Assembly (NCBI GenBank): GCA_000165345.1
Contig: CM000434.1
Span: forward strand, 608,001 to 672,000
Length of the DNA stretch: 64,000 nucleotides
Direction of reading: 5' to 3'
Shown: piece after piece, positions 29,960-38,744 of the stretch
Position numbering within the stretch: position 1 is the stretch's first letter
Layout: each line of letters opens with the position of its first letter
The notes under the pieces: generated by a model
Databases searched by the model: none
Seen by the model: the letters and a program-made list of their open reading frames with translations, nothing else
Told to the model about the DNA's origin: nothing
Made by a program: the position numbers and the translations under genes

Positions 29960-30952
29960 ATGGCTAACCCAGTCCGAGGAAATCGTGATCCACGAAGGTC
30001 TCTCTTGATTAGGTCTTTGAGGTTTGATACGCCTACCTCTCTGGTGAGGAGAGAGTTTGAGCGATTCGGAGCTATCCGAGACGTTTATCTACCGTTGGAT
30101 TACAGATCGAGAAGGCCAAGAGGATTTGGGTTTGTCGAGTATGTGGAAGAGGAGGATGCCAGGGCTGCTTTAGAAAAGATGGATGGTGCTACCTTGGATG
30201 GGGTAACAATAAATGTAACTTTTGCTCAGGAAGGAAGAAAGTCACCAGAGTCTATGAGACATAGAGAGTATGAATCGTTCCATGGGAATGGAGGTAGACA
30301 CTTATCTGGCCATAGATATGGGCCTCACAACCATTACAAATCAGATCCATATAGGCGTTATCCTTCTCCAAGAGACTACAGAGAAGGGTCACGTTCATAC
30401 GGTGGCAATAGGCATCCACCGTATCGTTCAAGGTCTAGATCACCACCTCCTTCTAGGGGGTATGAAAGATATAAGGAACAGTATAATTATCGTCGGGATG
30501 AAGATTTTAGACGGGAAGATTATCCACGCTCACATAATATAAGAGGTAGAAGTTATTCTAACGGAAATGAAGGAGGCAACTACAGATCTGAGATTTATGA
30601 AAGAAACTATCCACAAAGAGATTCTGCACGAAGTTACAGCCGAGGTAGAAGCAGAAGTCGAAGTGGGAGTATAGGTAGAAGTAGGAGCAGAAGTAGGAGC
30701 AGAGACCGTATCCGTAGTAGAAGCAGAAGCATGAGTGAATTTGGAAGCCGAAATGTAAGTTGTAGTGTGAGTAGGAACAGAAGCACAAGTCTTAACCAAT
30801 CATCTTGCGAAAATCCTGAAAGAGGTAGAAACAATCATAGAAAGATTGAGACTCCTCAAAATGAGTCCAACTTTTTTCAAAAAGAATTTATGAATGAACA
30901 TAATGAAAAGAATTATGATAGATCCGACTCTGACCGCCAAATGTCAAACTAA
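29960..30952 (+). CDS. SR-family splicing factor (single N-terminal RRM plus an Arg/Ser-rich RS domain; SRSF2/SC35-like)
   Basis: The track start at 29936 is a TTG; the first ATG is at 29960 (MANPVRGNRD...). The RRM is SLLIRSLRFDTPTSLVRREFERFGAIRDVYLPLDYRSRRPRGFGFVEYVEEEDARAALEKMDGATLDGVTINVTFA (RNP-1 RGFGFVEY). The RS domain is RSRSRSPPPSRGY...RGRSRSRSGSIGRSRSRSRSRDRIRSRSRSMS, encoded by imperfect tandem aga-agc/agt repeats at about 30640-30740. An E2F-like tttggcggcatgcc element lies at 29873-29886, upstream. Confidence 0.8.
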   Translation: MANPVRGNRDPRRSLLIRSLRFDTPTSLVRREFERFGAIRDVYLPLDYRSRRPRGFGFVEYVEEEDARAALEKMDGATLDGVTINVTFAQEGRKSPESMRHREYESFHGNGGRHLSGHRYGPHNHYKSDPYRRYPSPRDYREGSRSYGGNRHPPYRSRSRSPPPSRGYERYKEQYNYRRDEDFRREDYPRSHNIRGRSYSNGNEGGNYRSEIYERNYPQRDSARSYSRGRSRSRSGSIGRSRSRSRSRDRIRSRSRSMSEFGSRNVSCSVSRNRSTSLNQSSCENPERGRNNHRKIETPQNESNFFQKEFMNEHNEKNYDRSDSDRQMSN

Positions 30953-32013
30953 TTGGGAACAACGGGAACTTGACAAACAGAAAAACGAAGAATCCCCGAT
31001 TCCTAGCAAATAGTTTTATGAGAAATTTTTGGAAGAAGCAGTTGTAGATCTGAGAAAACGAACTAAAACAGAAGCAGAGTGATCGATGAGTCACGGCTGG
31101 TGGTGAACTTAATACATTTCAACTACCAGTAGTTTTGGACCAAAATACGAAACTGTATATGGGTTCAAATAAGGCTCTTAATAGATTTTTGTTTTCTTTA
31201 TTGTGCAAACGTTTCTTTGGTACACTTATAATGCTCACACTAACTCATTTAAGTTGAATTCGTTTGAATGGATGTCATCTTAATGATGTTTTTTTAAGAA
31301 AAGAAGACTTAATTAATCGAAATACTAGTATACACATTTTAAAATAAATTAAATTAAAAAAAAGCTTAAACTCTCAATAATTAAACTAAACAGATAAGTG
31401 AATTTAGATGTTTAAATGAGTTATGGACACAATAGTCAATCATGCTCCAACCCTGTTCACAATGTTCAGACTTTTGCCAAGAAACATAAAGCCTTTTCTC
31501 CAACTTAAATTGAAATATTAGCCTTTGACTTTAGGGCATTGCATGTACTCCCCCTGTTTGCTTGCGTGAGCTTTTAAGCATTCTATTGAAAAATATTTAA
31601 ATATCAAGAATTCACTGATGTAGCCAGGAACCCCCTAGTTTTCCACATCTTTGACTCTGTATGCCCCCAGTAGCCTTATATGGAGAGCACTAAAGAAAAC
31701 ACTGAGAAATCTTCTCAGCAACTTACTTTCCACAAGTCGGACTTACTTGGACACATCTGCACCAAAAATTTTCTTCCGCCTCTGAATTCACATTGCTTGC
31801 TATATTTGAGTTTGAAGACCCTAGTCAATGATATTGTAAGTTTATATTAAGTCGAAGTTAGCTTTCGACCATTTAAACATGATATTCAGTTGGCTAATGA
31901 TTTAAGATTCCATTTTACGGGTTTTTTGTCTCCAACCTATCTCCTTATTACCACTGTCAATGTCATTTTTCCTGTTTCTTGTCGTTTTCTTTGTCATATG
32001 AATCTTTTTTGCC

Positions 32014-32023
32014 TGGCGCCTAT
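32014..32023. promoter_or_regulatory. E2F-like box (ctggcgccta) about 95 bp upstream of the OTU gene ATG
   Basis: Read directly at 32014-32023. Confidence 0.35.
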
Positions 32024-32115
32024 ATGGAAAGTTCACCCGCCTTATTTCTTTTTATGTCGAAAGAAGCAGAATTGTCAAAAGGAAATGTTGTAATGAGAAA
32101 AACTAGAAACAGCAG

Positions 32116-33315
32116 ATGAGAGAGGAATGCTTGCTTCCATATGAAGTGAGAGTGAAAAATATTGAAGGAGATGGTAACTGTTTGTTTAGGTCTATAGGAA
32201 GCCAGCTTTACGGGGAGAGTGAACACCATGAAATAATTAGATCTGCCTGCATGGATTACGTAGATTTAAACAAGGAATCATTTTCTGGATTTGTACATGA
32301 ATATTCTTCAATTGAAAAATATATTCAAGAGAAGAGAAAACTGGGGGTCTGGGCTGATAATATTGAAGTTCAAGCACTAAGTGACCTGTATCGTATTCCA
32401 ATATATATATTTGAAAAGGTCAGAAATAGTAAACTGAATGCTAGCTTATTAGAGAAGCATAGACTAGAAGGCTTTTCTGGTACTATGTCAGAAAATATTT
32501 TCTATGAGAACAAGGAATTTGTTTATAAGTTACTTTGTAAGATAGAGCCAAGGCATTCAAGTTTCCTTGACCAGATTAAGAATTATTATTCAAATAGTAG
32601 GCCAATTCGATTGCTTTATTACAATGACTTACATTATGACTCTTTATTTTATAGAAGAGAGCATCAAACCCCAATAATTAACAAGGATATTGGAATAATT
32701 GAGGCTGAGAGCATTAAGAACCTTAAAGTTTACAGAGCCATTGCAAAACAAAAAGAAAAAAGTAGTAAGTTTCCTGTTAGAGGCTCTAAAATAAAAACCG
32801 ACCAGGTCGGTCATTTTAATCATACATCATATGCACTACTAAGGAAGAAGGCAATTAAAAAGTTCCCTGTTAATTATGGATCTAGCAGTGAAAGTGACAA
32901 CTATGTCGCAAAATCGCCATTTTTCCTATCCGTTAAGAATAAATACCGAGACGAACCCGAATCATTTTTCGAGGGGAATTACCTAGATAAAATCTCTGAG
33001 GGTGAAACTCATTTTGAAAAGCTTCACCCCAAGAGCAAAGAGCCACATAGCAAGTTTATATCTGGGCCCAAATCATTTTCCGAAAGGGCAATAGGAAAGC
33101 CCGCCTGTGTTTCAAAAATTAAGTCATTAAATAATACTCATTTGGGAGTAGTTGATAGATACGCCAGGGATGTTCAACTCTCTTCTCATCAAAAGGAATT
33201 TAAAAAGCTGTTGATTAACGATTCACCTCGATTGTCTTCAACCCCAAATCCAAGAAAAAAGTGTGTTGCAATATATTGTCCACAAATTTTGAAACAAAGT
33301 GCGTTTAGAAATTAA
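32116..33315 (+). CDS. OTU-domain cysteine protease (deubiquitinase, OTUD5-like)
   Basis: ATG at 32116. The OTU catalytic core is DGNCLFRSIGSQLYGESEHHEIIRSACMDYV...KYIQEKRKLGVWADNIEVQALSDLYRIPIYIFE: the Cys box DGNCLFR, the conserved W-[AG]-[DG]-x-[IV]E[VIM]QA, and a downstream His region (YYNDLHYDS). Confidence 0.8.
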   Translation: MREECLLPYEVRVKNIEGDGNCLFRSIGSQLYGESEHHEIIRSACMDYVDLNKESFSGFVHEYSSIEKYIQEKRKLGVWADNIEVQALSDLYRIPIYIFEKVRNSKLNASLLEKHRLEGFSGTMSENIFYENKEFVYKLLCKIEPRHSSFLDQIKNYYSNSRPIRLLYYNDLHYDSLFYRREHQTPIINKDIGIIEAESIKNLKVYRAIAKQKEKSSKFPVRGSKIKTDQVGHFNHTSYALLRKKAIKKFPVNYGSSSESDNYVAKSPFFLSVKNKYRDEPESFFEGNYLDKISEGETHFEKLHPKSKEPHSKFISGPKSFSERAIGKPACVSKIKSLNNTHLGVVDRYARDVQLSSHQKEFKKLLINDSPRLSSTPNPRKKCVAIYCPQILKQSAFRN

Positions 33316-33323
33316 ATTTAAAT

Positions 33324-34409
33324 ATGGACAGTAGAACTTGGTTTGAAGGAGTTTCTGACTGTTCCAAAAAAATAATTGAAGCTTTAAAAAGTGATAATCA
33401 CTTGTATGGGAGAGATTCTAATCATTTTGCAAAAGAAGGTTTATCGATATTTTATAGTTATGACTTATGCTCGAGTTCTTGCTCAGTTCCAACTGTAGTT
33501 ACAGAATCAAACACTTTATCATCTGAAACAAAAGATAACAGAATGCTATTCTCTTCAGTAGATGAGGAGACTCTATTGCTTCTTCAAGAAGCATTAAAAT
33601 ACCATTATTCTGGAGGAGAAGGAACTTTCATTAATTTGGGAACCCCAGTTAATGAGATAAATGGGCTAAATTCAGCTCATAAGATAGTGCATAGCCCTGA
33701 AATTACGGTTCCTAGTGATGATAAAGAAACAAAGGTTAATACCGAAACTGAAGAAGATATTTTTGAAGGTGTTGGGAGCATTTTTGACCATAAAGAGCAT
33801 AAAAGAACACGAACTAGATCTCTAGAAAGATCTTTAACTCCAGATTTAGATGAGTTTATTGAGAATGTTTACGATTTTAAAGAAGAAGCATTGCATAACA
33901 CTAATGTTCAATCGTCTATTCAATCTCAAGTGATACAAACTAGAAAAGATCAAAATTCTGCTCAAAGAAGCTTCGGATTAGCTTCTAGGACGAAAAATAG
34001 AAAGAGAAATATTGACTACTCATTGTTGTCAAGAAAAGGTCCTATGAGTGCTCCTGATAAGAGCTTTGAAAGCCTTAAACTTCCTCAATTTGAAGATTCT
34101 TCTTCTTCTTATGCAGAATGTTACCTAGAAGTTGACGGTGTATCACATTACGAAACTCATCATGAGGAGTTAGAATCTTCAAGTATTAGATCTCAAAACA
34201 AAGAGATGGAAGATTCATCTTCGGCTCGTGATAAATCAAAAAGAAATATCGATAAATACAAACAAAGGAGGAAAGATAAATCTGTTCATCAGGAATGGAA
34301 GTCTATCCAAAAAATTATGAACAAGCAAAATTTTAGGTCTCTTGAAACTTTTAAGAGTTTAATTAGTGATAACAATGGTTCAATTAAGAATAATTTTGGG
34401 CAAATATAA
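33324..34409 (+). CDS. Hypothetical Ser/Glu/Lys-rich protein (361 aa) that starts only 8 bp after the OTU gene's stop on the same strand
   Basis: ATG at 33324. It is in a different reading frame from the OTU ORF and has no recognisable domain. It is an open frame with gene-like composition. Confidence 0.45.
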   Translation: MDSRTWFEGVSDCSKKIIEALKSDNHLYGRDSNHFAKEGLSIFYSYDLCSSSCSVPTVVTESNTLSSETKDNRMLFSSVDEETLLLLQEALKYHYSGGEGTFINLGTPVNEINGLNSAHKIVHSPEITVPSDDKETKVNTETEEDIFEGVGSIFDHKEHKRTRTRSLERSLTPDLDEFIENVYDFKEEALHNTNVQSSIQSQVIQTRKDQNSAQRSFGLASRTKNRKRNIDYSLLSRKGPMSAPDKSFESLKLPQFEDSSSSYAECYLEVDGVSHYETHHEELESSSIRSQNKEMEDSSSARDKSKRNIDKYKQRRKDKSVHQEWKSIQKIMNKQNFRSLETFKSLISDNNGSIKNNFGQI

Positions 34410-34492
34410 ATTTAGAGGGGTAGGGAGTTGTAATTTATAAATAACAGAAAGGTATAACTAACAAGATTATCAACACCATTTGATTTTTCTAA

Positions 34493-35956
34493 TTAATTGG
34501 TTGTCCTAGTTAGCTCAAGCTTGCTCCTCAGTTCTTCATTTTCTTTCCTCAGAATTTCCAATTTACGAACAGAAACGTCTAATAAGCTAACTAAAACAGC
34601 GTTTTGTTCCTCACTTTTCTCCAACTCATCCATTAGATATTCAATCTTCTCCCTATCACCTCCTGCTTTAAGCTTATCTTTAATTCCTTGCAGAATTTTC
34701 CTGCGAATTAGGCTATCTAGACCTGTCTTGAACTCTTCTATAGACTGATCTGCCTTTTTAGGCTCTTGATCCTCCGCTAAAGACTGTGGTTTCCGGGTTT
34801 CTGAAGATTTTTGAACCAAGGCTCCAATATCAGATAAAGCAATAGAATGCGAGCTACTGCAAACAACTTGAACAATATTCTTGTTTTGTAAGATTGGGTG
34901 TTTAGAAGGCATATTTGGATGTATTCCTTGAATTCCATGTCCAATATTTTTTGTCATACCCCAAGTATATATATCTCCAACATCGGAAAGAGCTACTGAA
35001 TGGGAATTACCGCATGAGATATCCACAATAAACGCTTTTTCGAGGTTAGAAAGTCTTTTTGGGGACAAAAAGTCGTGTTCTGGACCATTAAAAATGTGGC
35101 CAAGTCTTCCTCCTTGTCCCCAAGTATATACCTTGCCACACTTTGTGACAGCAGCTGAGTGTTGACTTCCTAAAGAAACCTTTGTTATCTGAATATCTTC
35201 CAAAGGTCCTTCTAATAGTCTTGGAATCAAAACGTCGTCAGTTGACCCAAAGCCAAGCTTTCCAAAAGCCCCTCCTCCGAACATATATAACTTTCCAGTA
35301 ACAAGCAAAATTGCTGTGTGATGTCCTCCACATGATATCTCTTTAATTGGAAGCCCTGCCAAACTTTCTATAAGCTTTGGAGTAAATATATCTTGAGTAT
35401 CTCCATGGCCTAATCGTCCTTGGAGCCCCAGACCCCAAGTTAATGCCTTTTTATCATCAGTTAAACACCCTGTATGGTAACTTCCGCATGAAACCTGTAT
35501 TACTTTCTCTCCTTCCAAAGCTTTAACTTTCATTGGTTGGGAGACTACATTATTTGAAATACTTAACTCAAATTGTCCATGCCCAAGCTTGCCATTTTTA
35601 CTACAACCCCAAGTATAAAGCTCACCATTACTCAAGATTGCTGCTGTATGTCTATCGGAGCAAGCAACTTGAATAACATTTTTAAGACTTAGATTTACTC
35701 TAGGTACCAAACAATCCTCTAAATTACCAAAACCTAGTTGGCCGCATCCTCCATATCCCCATAGGATTAAATCACCAGAATTTGTTATTGCTGCTGAGTA
35801 ATTTGACCCACAGCTTACCTTTGATATGCTGCTTAGATGTCTAAGTCCATCAACTAGATGTGGCCCGGGACTTACTTCCTCGCCTTTAGAACCATGCTGT
35901 CCATATTCGGTTGAACCCCACACCACTACTCCAGATTTTGATAAATTCTGTCCCAT
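34493..35956 (-). CDS. RCC1-repeat (beta-propeller) protein with an N-terminal myristoylation-type MGxxxS motif and a C-terminal coiled coil
   Basis: ATG is the revcomp of cat at 35954-35956. The N-terminus is MGQNLSKS. There are at least six RCC1-like blades (WGSTEYGQHG, WGYGGCGQLG, WGCSKNGKLGHG, WGLGLQGRLGHG, FGGGAFGKLGFG, WGQGGRLGH). The C-terminal EKSEEQNAVLVSLLDVSVRKLEILRKENEELRSKLE segment is coiled coil. Confidence 0.8.
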   Translation of the reverse strand: MGQNLSKSGVVVWGSTEYGQHGSKGEEVSPGPHLVDGLRHLSSISKVSCGSNYSAAITNSGDLILWGYGGCGQLGFGNLEDCLVPRVNLSLKNVIQVACSDRHTAAILSNGELYTWGCSKNGKLGHGQFELSISNNVVSQPMKVKALEGEKVIQVSCGSYHTGCLTDDKKALTWGLGLQGRLGHGDTQDIFTPKLIESLAGLPIKEISCGGHHTAILLVTGKLYMFGGGAFGKLGFGSTDDVLIPRLLEGPLEDIQITKVSLGSQHSAAVTKCGKVYTWGQGGRLGHIFNGPEHDFLSPKRLSNLEKAFIVDISCGNSHSVALSDVGDIYTWGMTKNIGHGIQGIHPNMPSKHPILQNKNIVQVVCSSSHSIALSDIGALVQKSSETRKPQSLAEDQEPKKADQSIEEFKTGLDSLIRRKILQGIKDKLKAGGDREKIEYLMDELEKSEEQNAVLVSLLDVSVRKLEILRKENEELRSKLELTRTTN

Positions 35957-36412
35957 CCTCGAATTTTAGTCAAACACAGGTATTAGTTTTCAAATTCACA
36001 ATATTATCTGAATTCAATAGCCGATGAACAATTTCCGATTATTTCTTGTTCTAAAAATTATATATTTAAATTTCACTTTGAAGTTCTTACTTTATTAGAA
36101 ATTGATATTCATGAGCAAATTGAAGTAGGTTAAGAATTTTTAGCTCGAGGGCTTTAGACTATTTCATCGATATTAACAAATAGAAATTCCTTTACTAGAA
36201 ATGTCAATGTTTTCTAATTTGCAGTATTTAATGTTGAATTTTTTTTGATCTTTTGTGCGCTAAAATTCATTTACATTTTTTACTGTGAGTGCCTCATTTC
36301 TTAGAGAACAGAGAAATAAAAGAATAAGATTTTGCTCTTGAAGAATTTTGATTAGAAATGAATTATCTCTAAAAGTTGTTCAACTCCAGATCTTGTTTAC
36401 GAGAAAATCAAA

Positions 36413-38611
36413 ATGTACGAAATTGAAAGTCACTTTTTTGAAAATAAACTACAAAGCTGGTTCTCTAAAACTTGTATTTCTAACTTCCCAGAAATTCAAA
36501 AACTCATTCTAGAATTTTTATTCAGCTTTAAAACATCCCAAAAACTTTCTTTAGTTAATAAAGAAGGTCTTTCCTTCTACAGAAGTATCCAAAAGGCAAC
36601 TTTGGGATGCATTAAGGAACTGAATACGCTTGAACACCAAACATGGATGAACTCAAACCCAGATTTGTGGCTATCTTGGTTATTAATGGGCAGAAATAAT
36701 TCTAAAGAGAACGATACTTCAACTCTTATTCCATTGGATCCGAGAATTGTCATGAGGATTTTGTTTAACTTTAGGAAGCTTTATCCTGTAAGCTATAAAA
36801 CCAGAATTATCAAAGACACTAATGGGGAACCATTTTTAAATGTTGAACTTTCAGCTATTTCTCTTGGAAATCTGGAAAATGATCTTGAAGACCCAAAAAA
36901 ACCTTTCTCCTCTATATATGACATGTTTTCTTCTAAAAGAATGGTTTTTGGTGTTGACTTGGTATATGGACAAAGAATTTACCAATTTGACTCTGAAAGA
37001 GACTCTGGAAGTGGAGAAATTATAATTAGTGTTCAACCTGAACATATTTTTGATGTTTTATCTCATAAAGAATTCTCTGAACACCTTTACTCAACCCTAT
37101 TAGGACTTGAAAGAAAATTTTGTTTAGGAGACTGGTCAGGTTACTTTAGTAATAATGCAGGGAAGGAAATGTATGGAAAATTCATGAAATCAGTTTTACT
37201 CCCTCTGAAGACTTTTGAGAAAACTTGTAGAAGGCCAACCTTTCCCTTTGTTTCCATTCTTGCTACTTCACATTTATGTAAAGGAAGAGAAGCTGGACGA
37301 GGATCCGAAAATATCAAATCTTCACTTTACGAATCTTCTATAGATCTTCTGGAAGAGATGTCTCACCAAGTTCTGGATGACTCTAGCTGTAGTAGGATGG
37401 TTGAGGATGCTATATTATACAAGTCTCCATCTTTTGCATTCTTTTTAAGCTCCTCCTGTCTAACAGAAAGTACATTCCAGCTCATTATTGACTCTGTTTC
37501 TCAGAAAGAAAAAAGTTTCTTTCTTGGTAAAAATTTGGAGCCTCTGGAAGAGCTTTATGAGACAAATCAATTGGATCTGGTTTGGGAGAATTTTGATGAG
37601 AATTCTCCTCTATTTAAAAATAGTTACAAAAGTAAGCATAGGCCACCATGGAGAACTTCTATTGATAATATTATCAATGCAATGCAAGAAAAGCAATCCC
37701 AAATCATTTCCCAGCAACCTTCCATTGCCTTCAATCATCAGACACTTAGAAATGATGCTGGACATATTAGTAGAGTAAACAGGCCCTCTTTTAGCTATTC
37801 TAACGAAAATTCAAGCACCGAAAGAAACTTCGAACATGATGATAACGATGAAGATAGAACTTATCTTGATGAAGGAAACTCTTTTGATATTTCTCCAAGT
37901 TCAGAACAAAACCATGTGGAAAGTCCAAGTCTTGTTGCTTCTGGGTTTGTCATGGGAGTTAGATGTCTTCCTGCATCTACAGCTATCACTTCTTTAGGAT
38001 CAATTATTGGAAATGGAAATCCAGGTCGTTCTGGTTCAATTAATAGAGTTAGAGGAACGAATTTGTTGGGAAATCAAAGTCAAAGATTATCCATTCCTCG
38101 TTCTGATATAACTGGGAGATTAAGTTCGTGTCCTACATTTAGTTCAATTGCGACAAGTTGGGGTACTCCAGTTCCCATCACTAGAACAATCCCAATTGAT
38201 GATATTCTTGGAAGAAGAAGAGAATCAATTCATAGTACTCTGGATCCAGAAAAAAACGATCAGAATGAACTAATTCTCAGTGAGATTAGAGTTAAATATA
38301 ATTTGGATAGTGATGAGGACGAGGTTCAAAATGGAAAGAATCTTATTAATGGCAAAGATAAGGATGAAGAATCGGAGAATTTTAAAGATAAGCAAAAATT
38401 AGATATTTATCATTTAGAGGAAAAAAGTAATAGCGAACTTGAACAGGCTTTAATTGAAGAAGAAGTTTTGGGATCATTTACTAATATGCAAATCAAAGAC
38501 TCTGATGCATCAATTCTTGCAAAGGAAACCCTAAAATCCTGGAAATATGTCAATTATGACTTTGATGAAGAATTGGAAATGGAGTCGGAGGAATATGAAA
38601 ATGAGGAGTAA
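36413..38611 (+). CDS. Hypothetical protein (732 aa) with an acidic C-terminus
   Basis: ATG at 36413. It is a long open frame with no recognisable domain. The C-terminal 100 aa are Asp/Glu-rich. Confidence 0.5.
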   Translation: MYEIESHFFENKLQSWFSKTCISNFPEIQKLILEFLFSFKTSQKLSLVNKEGLSFYRSIQKATLGCIKELNTLEHQTWMNSNPDLWLSWLLMGRNNSKENDTSTLIPLDPRIVMRILFNFRKLYPVSYKTRIIKDTNGEPFLNVELSAISLGNLENDLEDPKKPFSSIYDMFSSKRMVFGVDLVYGQRIYQFDSERDSGSGEIIISVQPEHIFDVLSHKEFSEHLYSTLLGLERKFCLGDWSGYFSNNAGKEMYGKFMKSVLLPLKTFEKTCRRPTFPFVSILATSHLCKGREAGRGSENIKSSLYESSIDLLEEMSHQVLDDSSCSRMVEDAILYKSPSFAFFLSSSCLTESTFQLIIDSVSQKEKSFFLGKNLEPLEELYETNQLDLVWENFDENSPLFKNSYKSKHRPPWRTSIDNIINAMQEKQSQIISQQPSIAFNHQTLRNDAGHISRVNRPSFSYSNENSSTERNFEHDDNDEDRTYLDEGNSFDISPSSEQNHVESPSLVASGFVMGVRCLPASTAITSLGSIIGNGNPGRSGSINRVRGTNLLGNQSQRLSIPRSDITGRLSSCPTFSSIATSWGTPVPITRTIPIDDILGRRRESIHSTLDPEKNDQNELILSEIRVKYNLDSDEDEVQNGKNLINGKDKDEESENFKDKQKLDIYHLEEKSNSELEQALIEEEVLGSFTNMQIKDSDASILAKETLKSWKYVNYDFDEELEMESEEYENEE

Positions 38612-38744
38612 ATATTTCAATTCAAGAAACAGGTTAAAGAACTTATTATATTACAATTCATTATCATAAGACTTTTTTTAATGCATTATGTAATTTTCCT
38701 TTTCTAATTGGAAATATTACTCGAACAACAAATTATTTAAATGT

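Noticed and set aside
30530-30834. Three overlapping minus-strand ORFs encoding Ser/Thr/Leu-rich peptides
   Set aside because: These are artefacts of the repetitive AGA/AGC/AGT codon repeats that encode the RS domain of the SR protein on the plus strand. The repeat structure keeps all frames open.
33316-33323. Attempt to join the OTU ORF and the downstream ORF by a short intron
   Set aside because: Every GT..AG pair I tried (the GTGCGT donor at 33301, the AG acceptors at 33314, 33331 and 33334) gives a frame that terminates within 15 codons. I therefore report them as separate ORFs with a flagged anomaly rather than a spliced gene.
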